DNA of 64,000 nucleotides from an uncultured Methanoregulaceae archaeon (GTDB taxonomy: Archaea > Halobacteriota > Methanomicrobia > Methanomicrobiales > Methanospirillaceae): the NCBI GenBank assembly GCA_963717525.1, contig OY970343.1, positions 1,792,001-1,856,000 of the forward strand, read 5' to 3'. Position numbers and translations under genes: made by a program. Below the pieces are notes generated by a model. It saw nothing but the letters and a program-made list of their open reading frames with translations. It searched no databases and was not told the DNA's origin. Shown piece after piece: positions 43,079-51,420 of the stretch. Every line of letters starts with the position of its first letter. Within the stretch, counting starts at the first letter, position 1.

Positions 43079-43990
43079 ATGACTGTTTGTATTGCAGCAA
43101 TATGTGATTCGATATCTCCATCGCCAAAAATTGTATTTGCATCAGATCGATTAGTTTCTGCCGGTGTAAGTTTTGAAAGCGGGGTTTCAAAAAGTCAGTA
43201 TTTAACCCCCAATGCATGGATTATGTCATCTTCGAACGATGCATTGGCAAGTGATGGTATCATATTAAAAATTCAAAAAATACTTGCGGACTCACCAGAC
43301 GCAGGTAAACAAATCCCAATAGAACAAATCGCAAATATGATCTCCCAAGAATGTAAAAACAAAATACGTTTAGAGAGGGAAAACCAAGTATTTTCGCAAT
43401 TTGGAATAAACGAAAGTGATTTTGCCGAAAAATCAATTAAAATATCCACTTTGGTTGTTGCGGATATTTTAAATCGATTGCGCGAATTTAAATATCAATT
43501 TGAGGTTGAGTTTTTAGTTATCGGGTTTGATTTTATACCAGCAAAGAATCTATACATGCCTCATATTTATTCGATAAACGAACTTGGAGATATTCTCCCC
43601 ACGGATCATTTAGGATTTGCTACAAGCGGGAGTGGGAAGTATTTGGCGTTTCCAGAAATTACTAAGTATGCATATCAACCGAACACTCCACTAAGCGAAG
43701 CGGTTTTAAGAGTGTACTGGTCTAAAAAAATTGCCGAACGAGTTGGCGGGGTCGGGAAAGAGACAGATTTGTTAATACTTCATGCAATAAAGGATGGAGT
43801 TAAATTATGGATTGCCCCGCCAGAAACCAAAAAAATGTTGGATGATAAACTCGAAGCCGTTCGGAAAGATGAAATAAAAATCTCTCTTGAGGTTATAACA
43901 GAATTGAATAATACTGTTTTCAATCCGGTAAATCAGCAGAATATACAACAAGAGGTAAAAGAGACAAAGACGATTTCGGAAAAATCTTAA
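43079..43990 (+). CDS. Divergent proteasome-beta-like Ntn hydrolase (transposon cargo)
   Basis: Met-Thr start (MTVCIAAIC), IVFASDRLVS, K at the Lys33-like position, FLVIGFD, PHIYSI and ATSGSG. Confidence 0.7.
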   Translation: MTVCIAAICDSISPSPKIVFASDRLVSAGVSFESGVSKSQYLTPNAWIMSSSNDALASDGIILKIQKILADSPDAGKQIPIEQIANMISQECKNKIRLERENQVFSQFGINESDFAEKSIKISTLVVADILNRLREFKYQFEVEFLVIGFDFIPAKNLYMPHIYSINELGDILPTDHLGFATSGSGKYLAFPEITKYAYQPNTPLSEAVLRVYWSKKIAERVGGVGKETDLLILHAIKDGVKLWIAPPETKKMLDDKLEAVRKDEIKISLEVITELNNTVFNPVNQQNIQQEVKETKTISEKS

Positions 43991-43993
43991 TTA

Positions 43994-44170
43994 TTATTCT
44001 TTTTTCATCTCAATTACTAATCTATCACCCTCTATTTTCCATTGGAACTTATCTCCGGGTTTAAGATTCATTTGATCCATAATAAACGCCGGTACTGTCG
44101 TCCTTAATGAACGCCTTTTCGATGTAGCAAGATTAAGAATTGATTCATCGGTTCTTGGATTTTTCGACAT
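43994..44170 (-). CDS. AbrB/MazE/SpoVT-type DNA-binding protein (58 aa, not in the ORF track)
   Basis: Manual translation MSKNPRTDESILNLATSKRRSLRTTVPAFIMDQMNLKPGDKFQWKIEGDRLVIEMKKE*. Confidence 0.8.
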   Translation of the reverse strand: MSKNPRTDESILNLATSKRRSLRTTVPAFIMDQMNLKPGDKFQWKIEGDRLVIEMKKE

Positions 44171-44171
44171 A

Positions 44172-44282
44172 GTTTACCCTTATGTTCACCCACATATTTA
44201 TTCTTTTGTATGCCAATTTGTTTACCCACAAATTATAAATACTTATAAGGAGATTATTATGTAGGTAAACAAGTAGGTGAAC
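44172..44282. promoter_or_regulatory. Five GTTYACCYAC-like boxes in the divergent AbrB/transposase promoter
   Basis: GTTTACCCT at 44172, GTTCACCCAC at 44184, GTTTACCCAC at 44220, and inverted GTAGGTAAAC at 44261 and GTAGGTGAAC at 44273. Confidence 0.7.
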
Positions 44283-45473
44283 ATGATGCAACAACTAACT
44301 AACCCAAGAGAATTAAGAGGCCTTGCGATTCTCTCGCAGCCGAACACGATCATCCAGACTGGCAAGAACGAGTGGGATGTCCGATCACAGAGCAAGGATG
44401 CATACTATCAAGTTACACGGAAGTTCCAGGATCGCCACGCCCAAATGCGCGGTCAGGCAATGTGGACATGCTCATGCCCCGATTTCCAGACGAGAAACAT
44501 GCCCTGTAAACACATTTTTTCTGTCCAATTCTCGTTAAAACTTGGCGGAGATGTGGAGAAAGAAAGCGCGGCACAACACATCGAAACGGCAGAGCCAAAG
44601 ATCCTTTGCCCCGCTTGCAAGAGTGAGAGTGTTGTAAAACGCGGCATCCGTAAAACACAGTTTGGAGAGGTTCAGAGATTCGGATGCACTGACTGCGGCC
44701 ATAGATTTGTTGTCGATAAGGGATTCTGCCGGATGAAGTTTAACCCAAAGATCGTCACGCAGACGCTTGATCTTTACTTCAAGGGGCTTTCACAGAGAAA
44801 GATCGCGGACCACTTAAAGCAGTTTGAAAGTGTTAGCGTAGCCCAACCCACGATCCTGAGCTGGATCAAGAAATACCTGAAACTTCTTGCAAAGTATTCC
44901 GAGAAATACAAAGCAGAAGTCGGCAAGATTTGGCACTCTGATGAAACGACGGTGTTCATCAAGAAAGAGGGGGAGAAAAAGTATTACCAATGGATCTGGA
45001 ATGTCATGGATGCAAAGACACGCTATCTCCTTGCCTGTCAGATTACCGAGACGCGATTTGTTAAGGATGCGCGCATCCCGCTAAAGAAGGCAAAAAGTGT
45101 CACCAATGTTAGACCAGACGCAATTGTTACCGACGGACTACAAGCATACAAGGAAGCCGTTAAAACCGAGTTCTTTGACCACGAGGCATTCATCCAGAAC
45201 CCCCATATTCGCCTGAAAGACTTTGAGACCAAACCTAACAACAATATCCTTGAACGGTTAAACGGAACATTCCGTGAGAGAACAAAAGTTGTACGGAGTT
45301 TTGACAGTGGACTTGGTGCAGCAGAATTTGCAGCGGGAATGCAGACGTATTATAATTATATCAGACCTCATCAAGGCATTGGTGGGATGGTGCCGGCTCA
45401 GATGGCAAACATCCCGATCAATCTGATGGGGAATAGATGGGAAACGATGATTGAGTTGGCAATTAGAACCTGA
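44283..45473 (+). CDS. IS6-like (IS240-type) DDE transposase with N-terminal SWIM finger and Zn ribbon
   Basis: CSCPDF..R..PCKH (SWIM), CPAC...CTDC, HTH region, WHSDET, IVTDG, NNILERLNG and YYNYIRPH. Confidence 0.9.
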   Translation: MMQQLTNPRELRGLAILSQPNTIIQTGKNEWDVRSQSKDAYYQVTRKFQDRHAQMRGQAMWTCSCPDFQTRNMPCKHIFSVQFSLKLGGDVEKESAAQHIETAEPKILCPACKSESVVKRGIRKTQFGEVQRFGCTDCGHRFVVDKGFCRMKFNPKIVTQTLDLYFKGLSQRKIADHLKQFESVSVAQPTILSWIKKYLKLLAKYSEKYKAEVGKIWHSDETTVFIKKEGEKKYYQWIWNVMDAKTRYLLACQITETRFVKDARIPLKKAKSVTNVRPDAIVTDGLQAYKEAVKTEFFDHEAFIQNPHIRLKDFETKPNNNILERLNGTFRERTKVVRSFDSGLGAAEFAAGMQTYYNYIRPHQGIGGMVPAQMANIPINLMGNRWETMIELAIRT

Positions 45474-45794
45474 TCCTCAGATACAATACTATTTTAAATA
45501 GATTTGTGACCCTATTATAAACTCCAAAAATTGTTATTTACCAAAAAGTTAATGAAGTCACAGGGGCACACTCAGTACATTATTGTTAAGCCAAATGGCT
45601 ATTGCACAAATTACCTAGACTGTGACAGGGGGCGTTATAAAAAATTATGATGAGGAAAGGGGAACCATTAGGGATGCTAAATTGGAAAACTGATAAAATC
45701 CATCTTATGACCTCAACAGATAAAAAAACATTCGACGAATTTCGGAAGAAAATTGAAGGGGAACCCCACATTCCAGAATTTTTAATAAAATAAA

Positions 45795-46748
45795 CTAAAA
45801 CACTCCTTTTAACAAAAGAATTTGTAATATTGCAACGAGTGAAATGGTATAACTTATAATAAATAGTTGCCTATGCGGAATTTCATATTCGTCTCTTAAT
45901 AATGAGTAATAAAAATAAGCAAACCCCATTAAAACTATTAAAAATTCAACCCCAAAAGTACAATCAAAAGCAAGAGTATCTTGACCTAAAAAAGATAACA
46001 ATCCATTATGCAAAATAAAAAGTGAAAATATGAGAAATATCAGGGGGATTAAGGAAATTGCTGCAATTGCGGGAGTAACTTCTGCGTAATAAGTAAACCA
46101 CATTTTGGGGTCTTTCAAAGAATCCCAAGTTTGGGTTAAATAATCAAAATCTTTAGAATCAATCAAAAAATTATATGTTAATCTTCCTTCATTTCCTTTT
46201 ACAAATGGTTTCCCGCAATCGATTTGCTTAACAATTTCTTTATTGTCGATTAAGTACGAACCATACCCCATTTCGTATAATTTCCTTTGTTCTGGAAAAT
46301 AGAACGGGGTCTCCAACGCATTGTCCCAACACAATTTCCATCCTTTGGGGAAAGTGAGATAAAATTCCGGTTGAAGTTTACCCCCAATTTCTATAATTGA
46401 AGTTTTTTTAGGAATAAAAAAATCAGATAACTTGTCGATAGGATCTCCATTCTCGATAGCCGGATCAATCAAAGTGTACTCAACGCTTATTTTGACATGC
46501 TTGAACGAGGTTGTATTGGGAGCATCTGGGAAATCATCTAATGGATCTAAATTTAACAAAATATCAAAATAGTTCCCGTTTGTGTATTCTAAAAACCCAA
46601 TCTCTTTAGGCGTTCCGTTCCTCGTAATGACTTTTAATCCAATAAAATTTAAATTTTTTAATCCTGCGAGCATTGTAGGGTCATTTGCGTAAATATCCAT
46701 TACCTGTCGAATTTTTCTCAGCTGCGGTGGGGAAATATACCTCTTCAA
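45795..46748 (-). CDS. Hypothetical membrane protein (soluble N-domain plus 3 C-terminal TM helices), transposon cargo
   Basis: 317-aa AT-rich ORF with three hydrophobic C-terminal segments. Confidence 0.7.
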   Translation of the reverse strand: MKRYISPPQLRKIRQVMDIYANDPTMLAGLKNLNFIGLKVITRNGTPKEIGFLEYTNGNYFDILLNLDPLDDFPDAPNTTSFKHVKISVEYTLIDPAIENGDPIDKLSDFFIPKKTSIIEIGGKLQPEFYLTFPKGWKLCWDNALETPFYFPEQRKLYEMGYGSYLIDNKEIVKQIDCGKPFVKGNEGRLTYNFLIDSKDFDYLTQTWDSLKDPKMWFTYYAEVTPAIAAISLIPLIFLIFSLFILHNGLLSFLGQDTLAFDCTFGVEFLIVLMGFAYFYYSLLRDEYEIPHRQLFIISYTISLVAILQILLLKGVF

Positions 46749-46999
46749 TATGCCACCAAGTTTGTTGTATCTCTATAGACACAATAACTTAGACGATAAT
46801 GTTTATCATAAGAGTTTCGTTTTTATTATAATCCCAATATGTGCAAATCCCAGTCTCTCTAAAAAGTCCCGCGATCTATCACCTCTTTCCAAAAGTCCCG
46901 AAGTCCCTTAAACCTATCAGAACCTCTTAAAAGGTTCTGTTGCGTTGTCGGGAGATCCGTGCTTTTGGATCTCGCTGGTGCGTTGCGGGAGATGAGAGA

Positions 47000-47320
47000 T
47001 CAAGAGATCGAGATACCAACCGCTCCCATCAGCAATCCCAATCCCAGAACAACCAATGCAACAAGTAACAACCCCAGCAACGGGTTTATCTGCATAAGGT
47101 ACTCCATACCCCACACCATAGTAAGAAGCGGTATGATGAAGAGCAAAAGTCCCGCTATGACGAGTTTTATGATTAAGGGCTTTGTGCTCTCTTTTTTTTC
47201 AGGCGATATAACCGGGGGCTTTTCTTTGACAGGTTTGGGGGCCGGGTTTAAGAGGGCTCCGCATCTTCCGCAAAATTTGTTTGGATCCGGGTTACTATAT
47301 CCACATTTTGGACAGAGCAT
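47000..47320 (-). CDS. Zinc-ribbon domain membrane protein
   Basis: CPKCG..N.....FCGRCG, a Pro/Lys linker and two TM helices. Confidence 0.75.
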   Translation of the reverse strand: MLCPKCGYSNPDPNKFCGRCGALLNPAPKPVKEKPPVISPEKKESTKPLIIKLVIAGLLLFIIPLLTMVWGMEYLMQINPLLGLLLVALVVLGLGLLMGAVGISIS

Positions 47321-47448
47321 AAATGATTTCTCTCTCGATCCTTTAGGTAATATAGATTTTGATTCAGGGTTCTGACAGGTTCGCGGTTGGTAAAGAGCGT
47401 AGCATATTTCACGCTTTGCTTACCAAATCCGGAACAAACCTCTAAAAA

Positions 47449-48373
47449 TCAGTCGCCCAGCATGTCGAGGAGTTCAAAGCCGTCCGCGATATGGTGGAAG
47501 CGATCCTCACCGATCACAAGCGTCCGCCCGATCTTTTTTTCGTGATGGTAATCAGTGATGATGCACATCGCATGCTTCTTTGCGATCTTCGAGAGATTGC
47601 TGATAAGGGCGGCACGCTTGACCACCTTCTGCGCCGGGCCGTAACCAGTGAGGATCGTGTGCTTGTCAAACGTGAGAAGGGCTTGGAACGGTGCGCCCCG
47701 GAGTGTCTGGAGCTGTATCCCGAGCTGCTCAAAAAAATCGATGGGGATGCCCGGACCCTGCCTTTTCTTTGGTTCCTCCTGCCCGGATTCTGCAGGTTTG
47801 CGACGGACAATATCGATGGACTCAACCACTCCCGTATTGAAGTACTCCTCGATACGGATCGCGACATCGAGCGTCAGTACCCATGCCGCTTTCGTATTTG
47901 CTGATCGTGCGCCGGGAGACCCCGAGCACCTGCCCCATGTCACCAAGCGACATGCTCCGCCGTTCGCGGAGCTCCCGGAGGGCGTTGCCATTGATGTTCA
48001 CGTACAGTCCGCCGGGAGAGGCGTACACGAGCGGTGGGATCTTCTCCACAAAGTAATCGTACAGCGTTGCGATGCTGATCGCGTAGATGCCATACCGGAC
48101 ATAGACCGCCCCCCGCTCGAGCTCGGCCTCGCGGGCACGTTCGCCCACGATGAGGGGCACACCACCCAGGTGCTGGGAGATCACGTCAAGATCGAACGCC
48201 GCTTCCTCGCTCACCGAATCGATGTGCGTAACGACTTTGATAACAAGCAGCGTCCCGTTATTGCGTGCGATGAGGTCGAAACTCCTCGGGCGGAGGGTAA
48301 ACTTCTCGGATACCTCAAATCCCGCCGATATCATCACGCTGGTGACCAGCTGGAGCTGGCGATCCTGGGACAT
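47449..48373 (-). CDS. Archaeal Cro/C1-type HTH transcriptional regulator, with an apparent frameshift near 47876
   Basis: RPRSFDLIAR, PGGLYV and HTH LGVSRRTISKYE; continues as TLDVAIRIEE...APFQA. Confidence 0.85.
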
Positions 48374-48416
48374 GCAGTTACAAATGGATAGAGCGTGCCC
48401 ATATATTAATATAGAC

Positions 48417-49698
48417 ATGCTGATCGGTATTGATGACACGGATTCACCGGCGGGGATGTGTACCACCTATCTCGGCGCGGTGCTCGCCCGGAGGCTGATC
48501 CATGAGCATATGCGGGTCCGCGAGGCCCGCCTCGTCCGGCTCAACCCGAACGTGACGTTCAAGACCCGGGGGAACGCAGCGATTGCTCTCGATGTTGAGG
48601 GAGACCCGGACCGGGCATTCTCGCTTGCGTGCGCCATCGTGGAGGAGCTTGCCGATTTCTCCTGCGAGAAGACCAATCCCGGGGTCGTGGTTGCAGAAAC
48701 GCGTCCCGACCCGGCCTTTTACCGTAAGGCGGTGACGGACTTCTGCGAGATCGAAGAGGCCGTGAATCTCCTTGAGGCGGCGGGCGCCCGGTACCGGGGC
48801 TGGAAGAACCGGCGTGGGCTTATTGGCGCAACCGCGGCTGTTTCAGGCATCTTTCCCGATACAACGTACGAGATTCTCGCGTACCGCGATCCTTCGAGAT
48901 GGGGTACACCCCGGGAGGTGGACAGGGAGAGCCTCTTTGCCGCGGAGGAGGCGACATTCCCACACACGTGGGACACGGTGGATCCTGTAAACCGGGTCGT
49001 GGTCTGCGTACCGCATACTCCGGACCCGGTCCTCTTTGGGATCCGGGGCGAGAGCCCGGCCTGGGTGATGATGGCCCGGTCGCTCATCCAGTCAGAAAAA
49101 CCGGCTGTTGAACAGATCTGGGTGACCAACCAGGGGACCGATGCCCACCTCCTTGCCGGGACGTGCAGCTCCCTGCGCGAAGGGCTCTCGTACCGGGTAC
49201 GTGGCACGGTAACCGGCCGCCCGGAAACCGGACCCGGGGGCCACGTCTCCTTTTCGATCCGGGACAGCGGTGCGGAAGTCCGCTGCATGGCATACGAACC
49301 CACGAAGAACTTCCGGGAGATCATAAGGGCGCTCGTGCCGGGCGATACGATCATTGCAGTCGGGAGTTACAAAAAAGGAAGTATTAACTTAGAGAAGATC
49401 TGCCTTGTCGTTCCGGCCCGGGACATCCGGACTCAGCCCCCGCTCTGCACTGCATGCAACAAACGCATGACGAGCGCCGGCAAAGACAAAGGTTACAAGT
49501 GCCGTAAATGCGGGGCGCACGAAAAAGATCCCGAGGTACAGGAAAGCCCCCGGACGCTCAGTGCCCGGGTGGTACGAAGTGCCGCCGACCGCCCGCAGAC
49601 ATCTCGCAAAACCGCTGTGCCGGGGGGTACCGGAACACCCCTTACCGGGAAGGGTACTGGAAGAATGCCGCCTTCAGGATGGTAATACCCCTCCGTAA
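48417..49698 (+). CDS. tiaS: tRNA(Ile2) agmatinylcytidine synthase, with an apparent frameshift near 49560
   Basis: IGIDDTDS..GMCTTY, KTRGN, TNQGTD, OB fold and Zn ribbon; final PGWYEVPPTARRHLAKP in a shifted frame. Confidence 0.93.
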
Positions 49699-49964
49699 GG
49701 AAGAGGGGGAGGGGAACTGAAGTCAAATAAGCCCGATACGGGCTCCGTTTGCCAAACGGACGATCCTCATTTCCGGCTGGAGTGGAAATGGTGTCCACAC
49801 CTGTACAAAATCCTGATTAAACAAGCGCTTTTTTAAAAAAGGAACACATTTGCGGTTTTTCAACCTGCAATACAGAAGCGTTTTAGCGGCCCTGTTTTCC
49901 GGGATATTCTTCAGGTCATTTTCCGGGAAAATGGCCGTCCGGAGGGCCTTTTCGGGTATCTTTT

Positions 49965-50068
49965 TTACGAGGGGGATTTTATCGTCGTAAGGGCTTCTTC
50001 CACGACGGCGATCTCATCGACGGTCAAACCATAGATCCCGTACGCGAGCGAATCGATCTGCTTGTCGG
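49965..50068 (-). pseudogene. Stranded 3'-end remnant of a type IIG RM gene
   Basis: Encodes DKQIDSLAYGIYGLTVDEIAVVEEALTTIKSPS*; 63/74 nt identical to 51433-51506. Confidence 0.85.
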
Positions 50069-50087
50069 GTCCTATCCGCAAAAACAA

Positions 50088-50852
50088 TTATGCTACCAGT
50101 TCGGCAACATATTTTTCCCGCTTACTCCACATAAGCGGGAAAACACCATAATTTTCCAGAGCAGTAGGTACTTCTTCCGGGATCCGGCGCTCCTTATCAT
50201 TAAGAATTGCGTATGCTTTCGAATCCGGAGCACGGACATCTTTGGTATCAATCCATGAAAATGATAACATTTCAGCCTGTGCCCGGTTGGGATTGTTGAT
50301 GGTCTGGAGAATTCTTTCAGGCTCCTGCCGGGATTTCGGGATGACAAAATCAAAAAGATGATCATAACCGGATTTACCGGTGAATTTTATTTTCGGAGTG
50401 TACCTTATTTCCGTCTCATCGAGCCAGGCGACAACATCTTCAAAGAATAAACTGGCGACAACAGGTTCTGAGAGATAGAACAGGTCGTTGACTGCGAGCA
50501 TAGCCTGTAAGAGATTGTGCTTTTTCTGCGGGAACGACTTGTCGGTTGTTTTGATGGTCAGGACCCCCCGGTCGTTCTGGACGCCAAAACCTTTGAGTGT
50601 CGTGGACAAAAGCGCCAGACGTTTATCGGTGTCGATCCTGCATCCTGACATCTTCAGATCTTCTAAAATATACCCGTCATCCGTAAGGACATAGCCGCCA
50701 TTACTTTTTTTGACGTAGATCTGCAGGAAATCGTTATGCCGGTCAAGGAACGGCGTTGTTATCTCCACCCATTCGTCAACCTGGCGCAGGCTGATCGATT
50801 CATTGAGCCAGTGGAGATAATCCTGCAACAGCCGCTCGACGTCAGTGATCAT
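50088..50852 (-). CDS. DUF1828/DUF1829 domain protein (C-terminal restriction-endonuclease-like fold)
   Basis: ITTPFLDRHND.LQIY...LTDDGY and GKSG..H.FDFVIP...W.DTK. Confidence 0.8.
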   Translation of the reverse strand: MITDVERLLQDYLHWLNESISLRQVDEWVEITTPFLDRHNDFLQIYVKKSNGGYVLTDDGYILEDLKMSGCRIDTDKRLALLSTTLKGFGVQNDRGVLTIKTTDKSFPQKKHNLLQAMLAVNDLFYLSEPVVASLFFEDVVAWLDETEIRYTPKIKFTGKSGYDHLFDFVIPKSRQEPERILQTINNPNRAQAEMLSFSWIDTKDVRAPDSKAYAILNDKERRIPEEVPTALENYGVFPLMWSKREKYVAELVA

Positions 50853-51298
50853 TATTCAATTCCTGCAATAATGTTTGGCTCTTTTACAATATTACAATAC
50901 GTCATGAAGTCTTTCAATGTCTGCCACAAATCCGTAAGATCTGAAAACGAATCGGATGCTACAGGATATGCCCATTTGTCTGCATATCCTTCCCGATAGA
51001 GATGAATGTGTGGCCCGCTGATGAATTCATCATCAGGATTTTTGTGGGGTTTGCCGGTAAGATCCAGCCTGACCAGAATTATCATCTGGTGCGCCCGATT
51101 CTGATAGGTTATTTTATTCAGTTCCAGCCTGCTTCTCCATAAATCCAGCACAAAATTATTTCGTTTGTCTTCTGACAGCAACGGGATATTTATAGATGTG
51201 CCGCGACCGGGGAAGTGCCATGTGTCGTCATTGAGCCGGTATTTCGGCATCTGGATCAACGCGTCGGCTTCTTCCTGAGAAATTTCAATGTCAACCAT
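50852..51298 (-). CDS. DUF6978-like protein, usual partner of DUF1828/DUF1829
   Basis: LVRLDL...HKNPD....GPHIHLYREGY..KWA; 1-nt overlap with the downstream gene. Confidence 0.7.
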   Translation of the reverse strand: MVDIEISQEEADALIQMPKYRLNDDTWHFPGRGTSINIPLLSEDKRNNFVLDLWRSRLELNKITYQNRAHQMIILVRLDLTGKPHKNPDDEFISGPHIHLYREGYADKWAYPVASDSFSDLTDLWQTLKDFMTYCNIVKEPNIIAGIE

Positions 51299-51420
51299 GG
51301 CCCTGCCCGGTATTGTTACTTTATCTGATATGAATTATATTTGTTCCTTTCATCGTGAAGGGGGCAATGAGCAATCGCATTTTAGTAAATATAATAAAGT
51401 CGCCATGGGGGGTGAATGTG

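Larger units (their letters stand above)
42962..46924. mobile_element. Cargo-carrying IS6-like transposon (3,963 bp) with compound inverted ends and 8-bp TSD TCTTAAAA
   Basis: TIRs 42962-42985 and 46901-46924 match at 22/24. Perfect 20-bp inner IR at 43006-43025 and 46861-46880. Direct repeat TCTTAAAA at 42954-42961 and 46925-46932. Internal DDE transposase; AT-rich. Confidence 0.92.

Noticed and set aside
42979..46910. GGGACTT and GTTYACC repeats as a CRISPR array
   Set aside because: They are short, irregularly spaced and partly inverted, with no repeat-spacer periodicity and no cas genes in the window.
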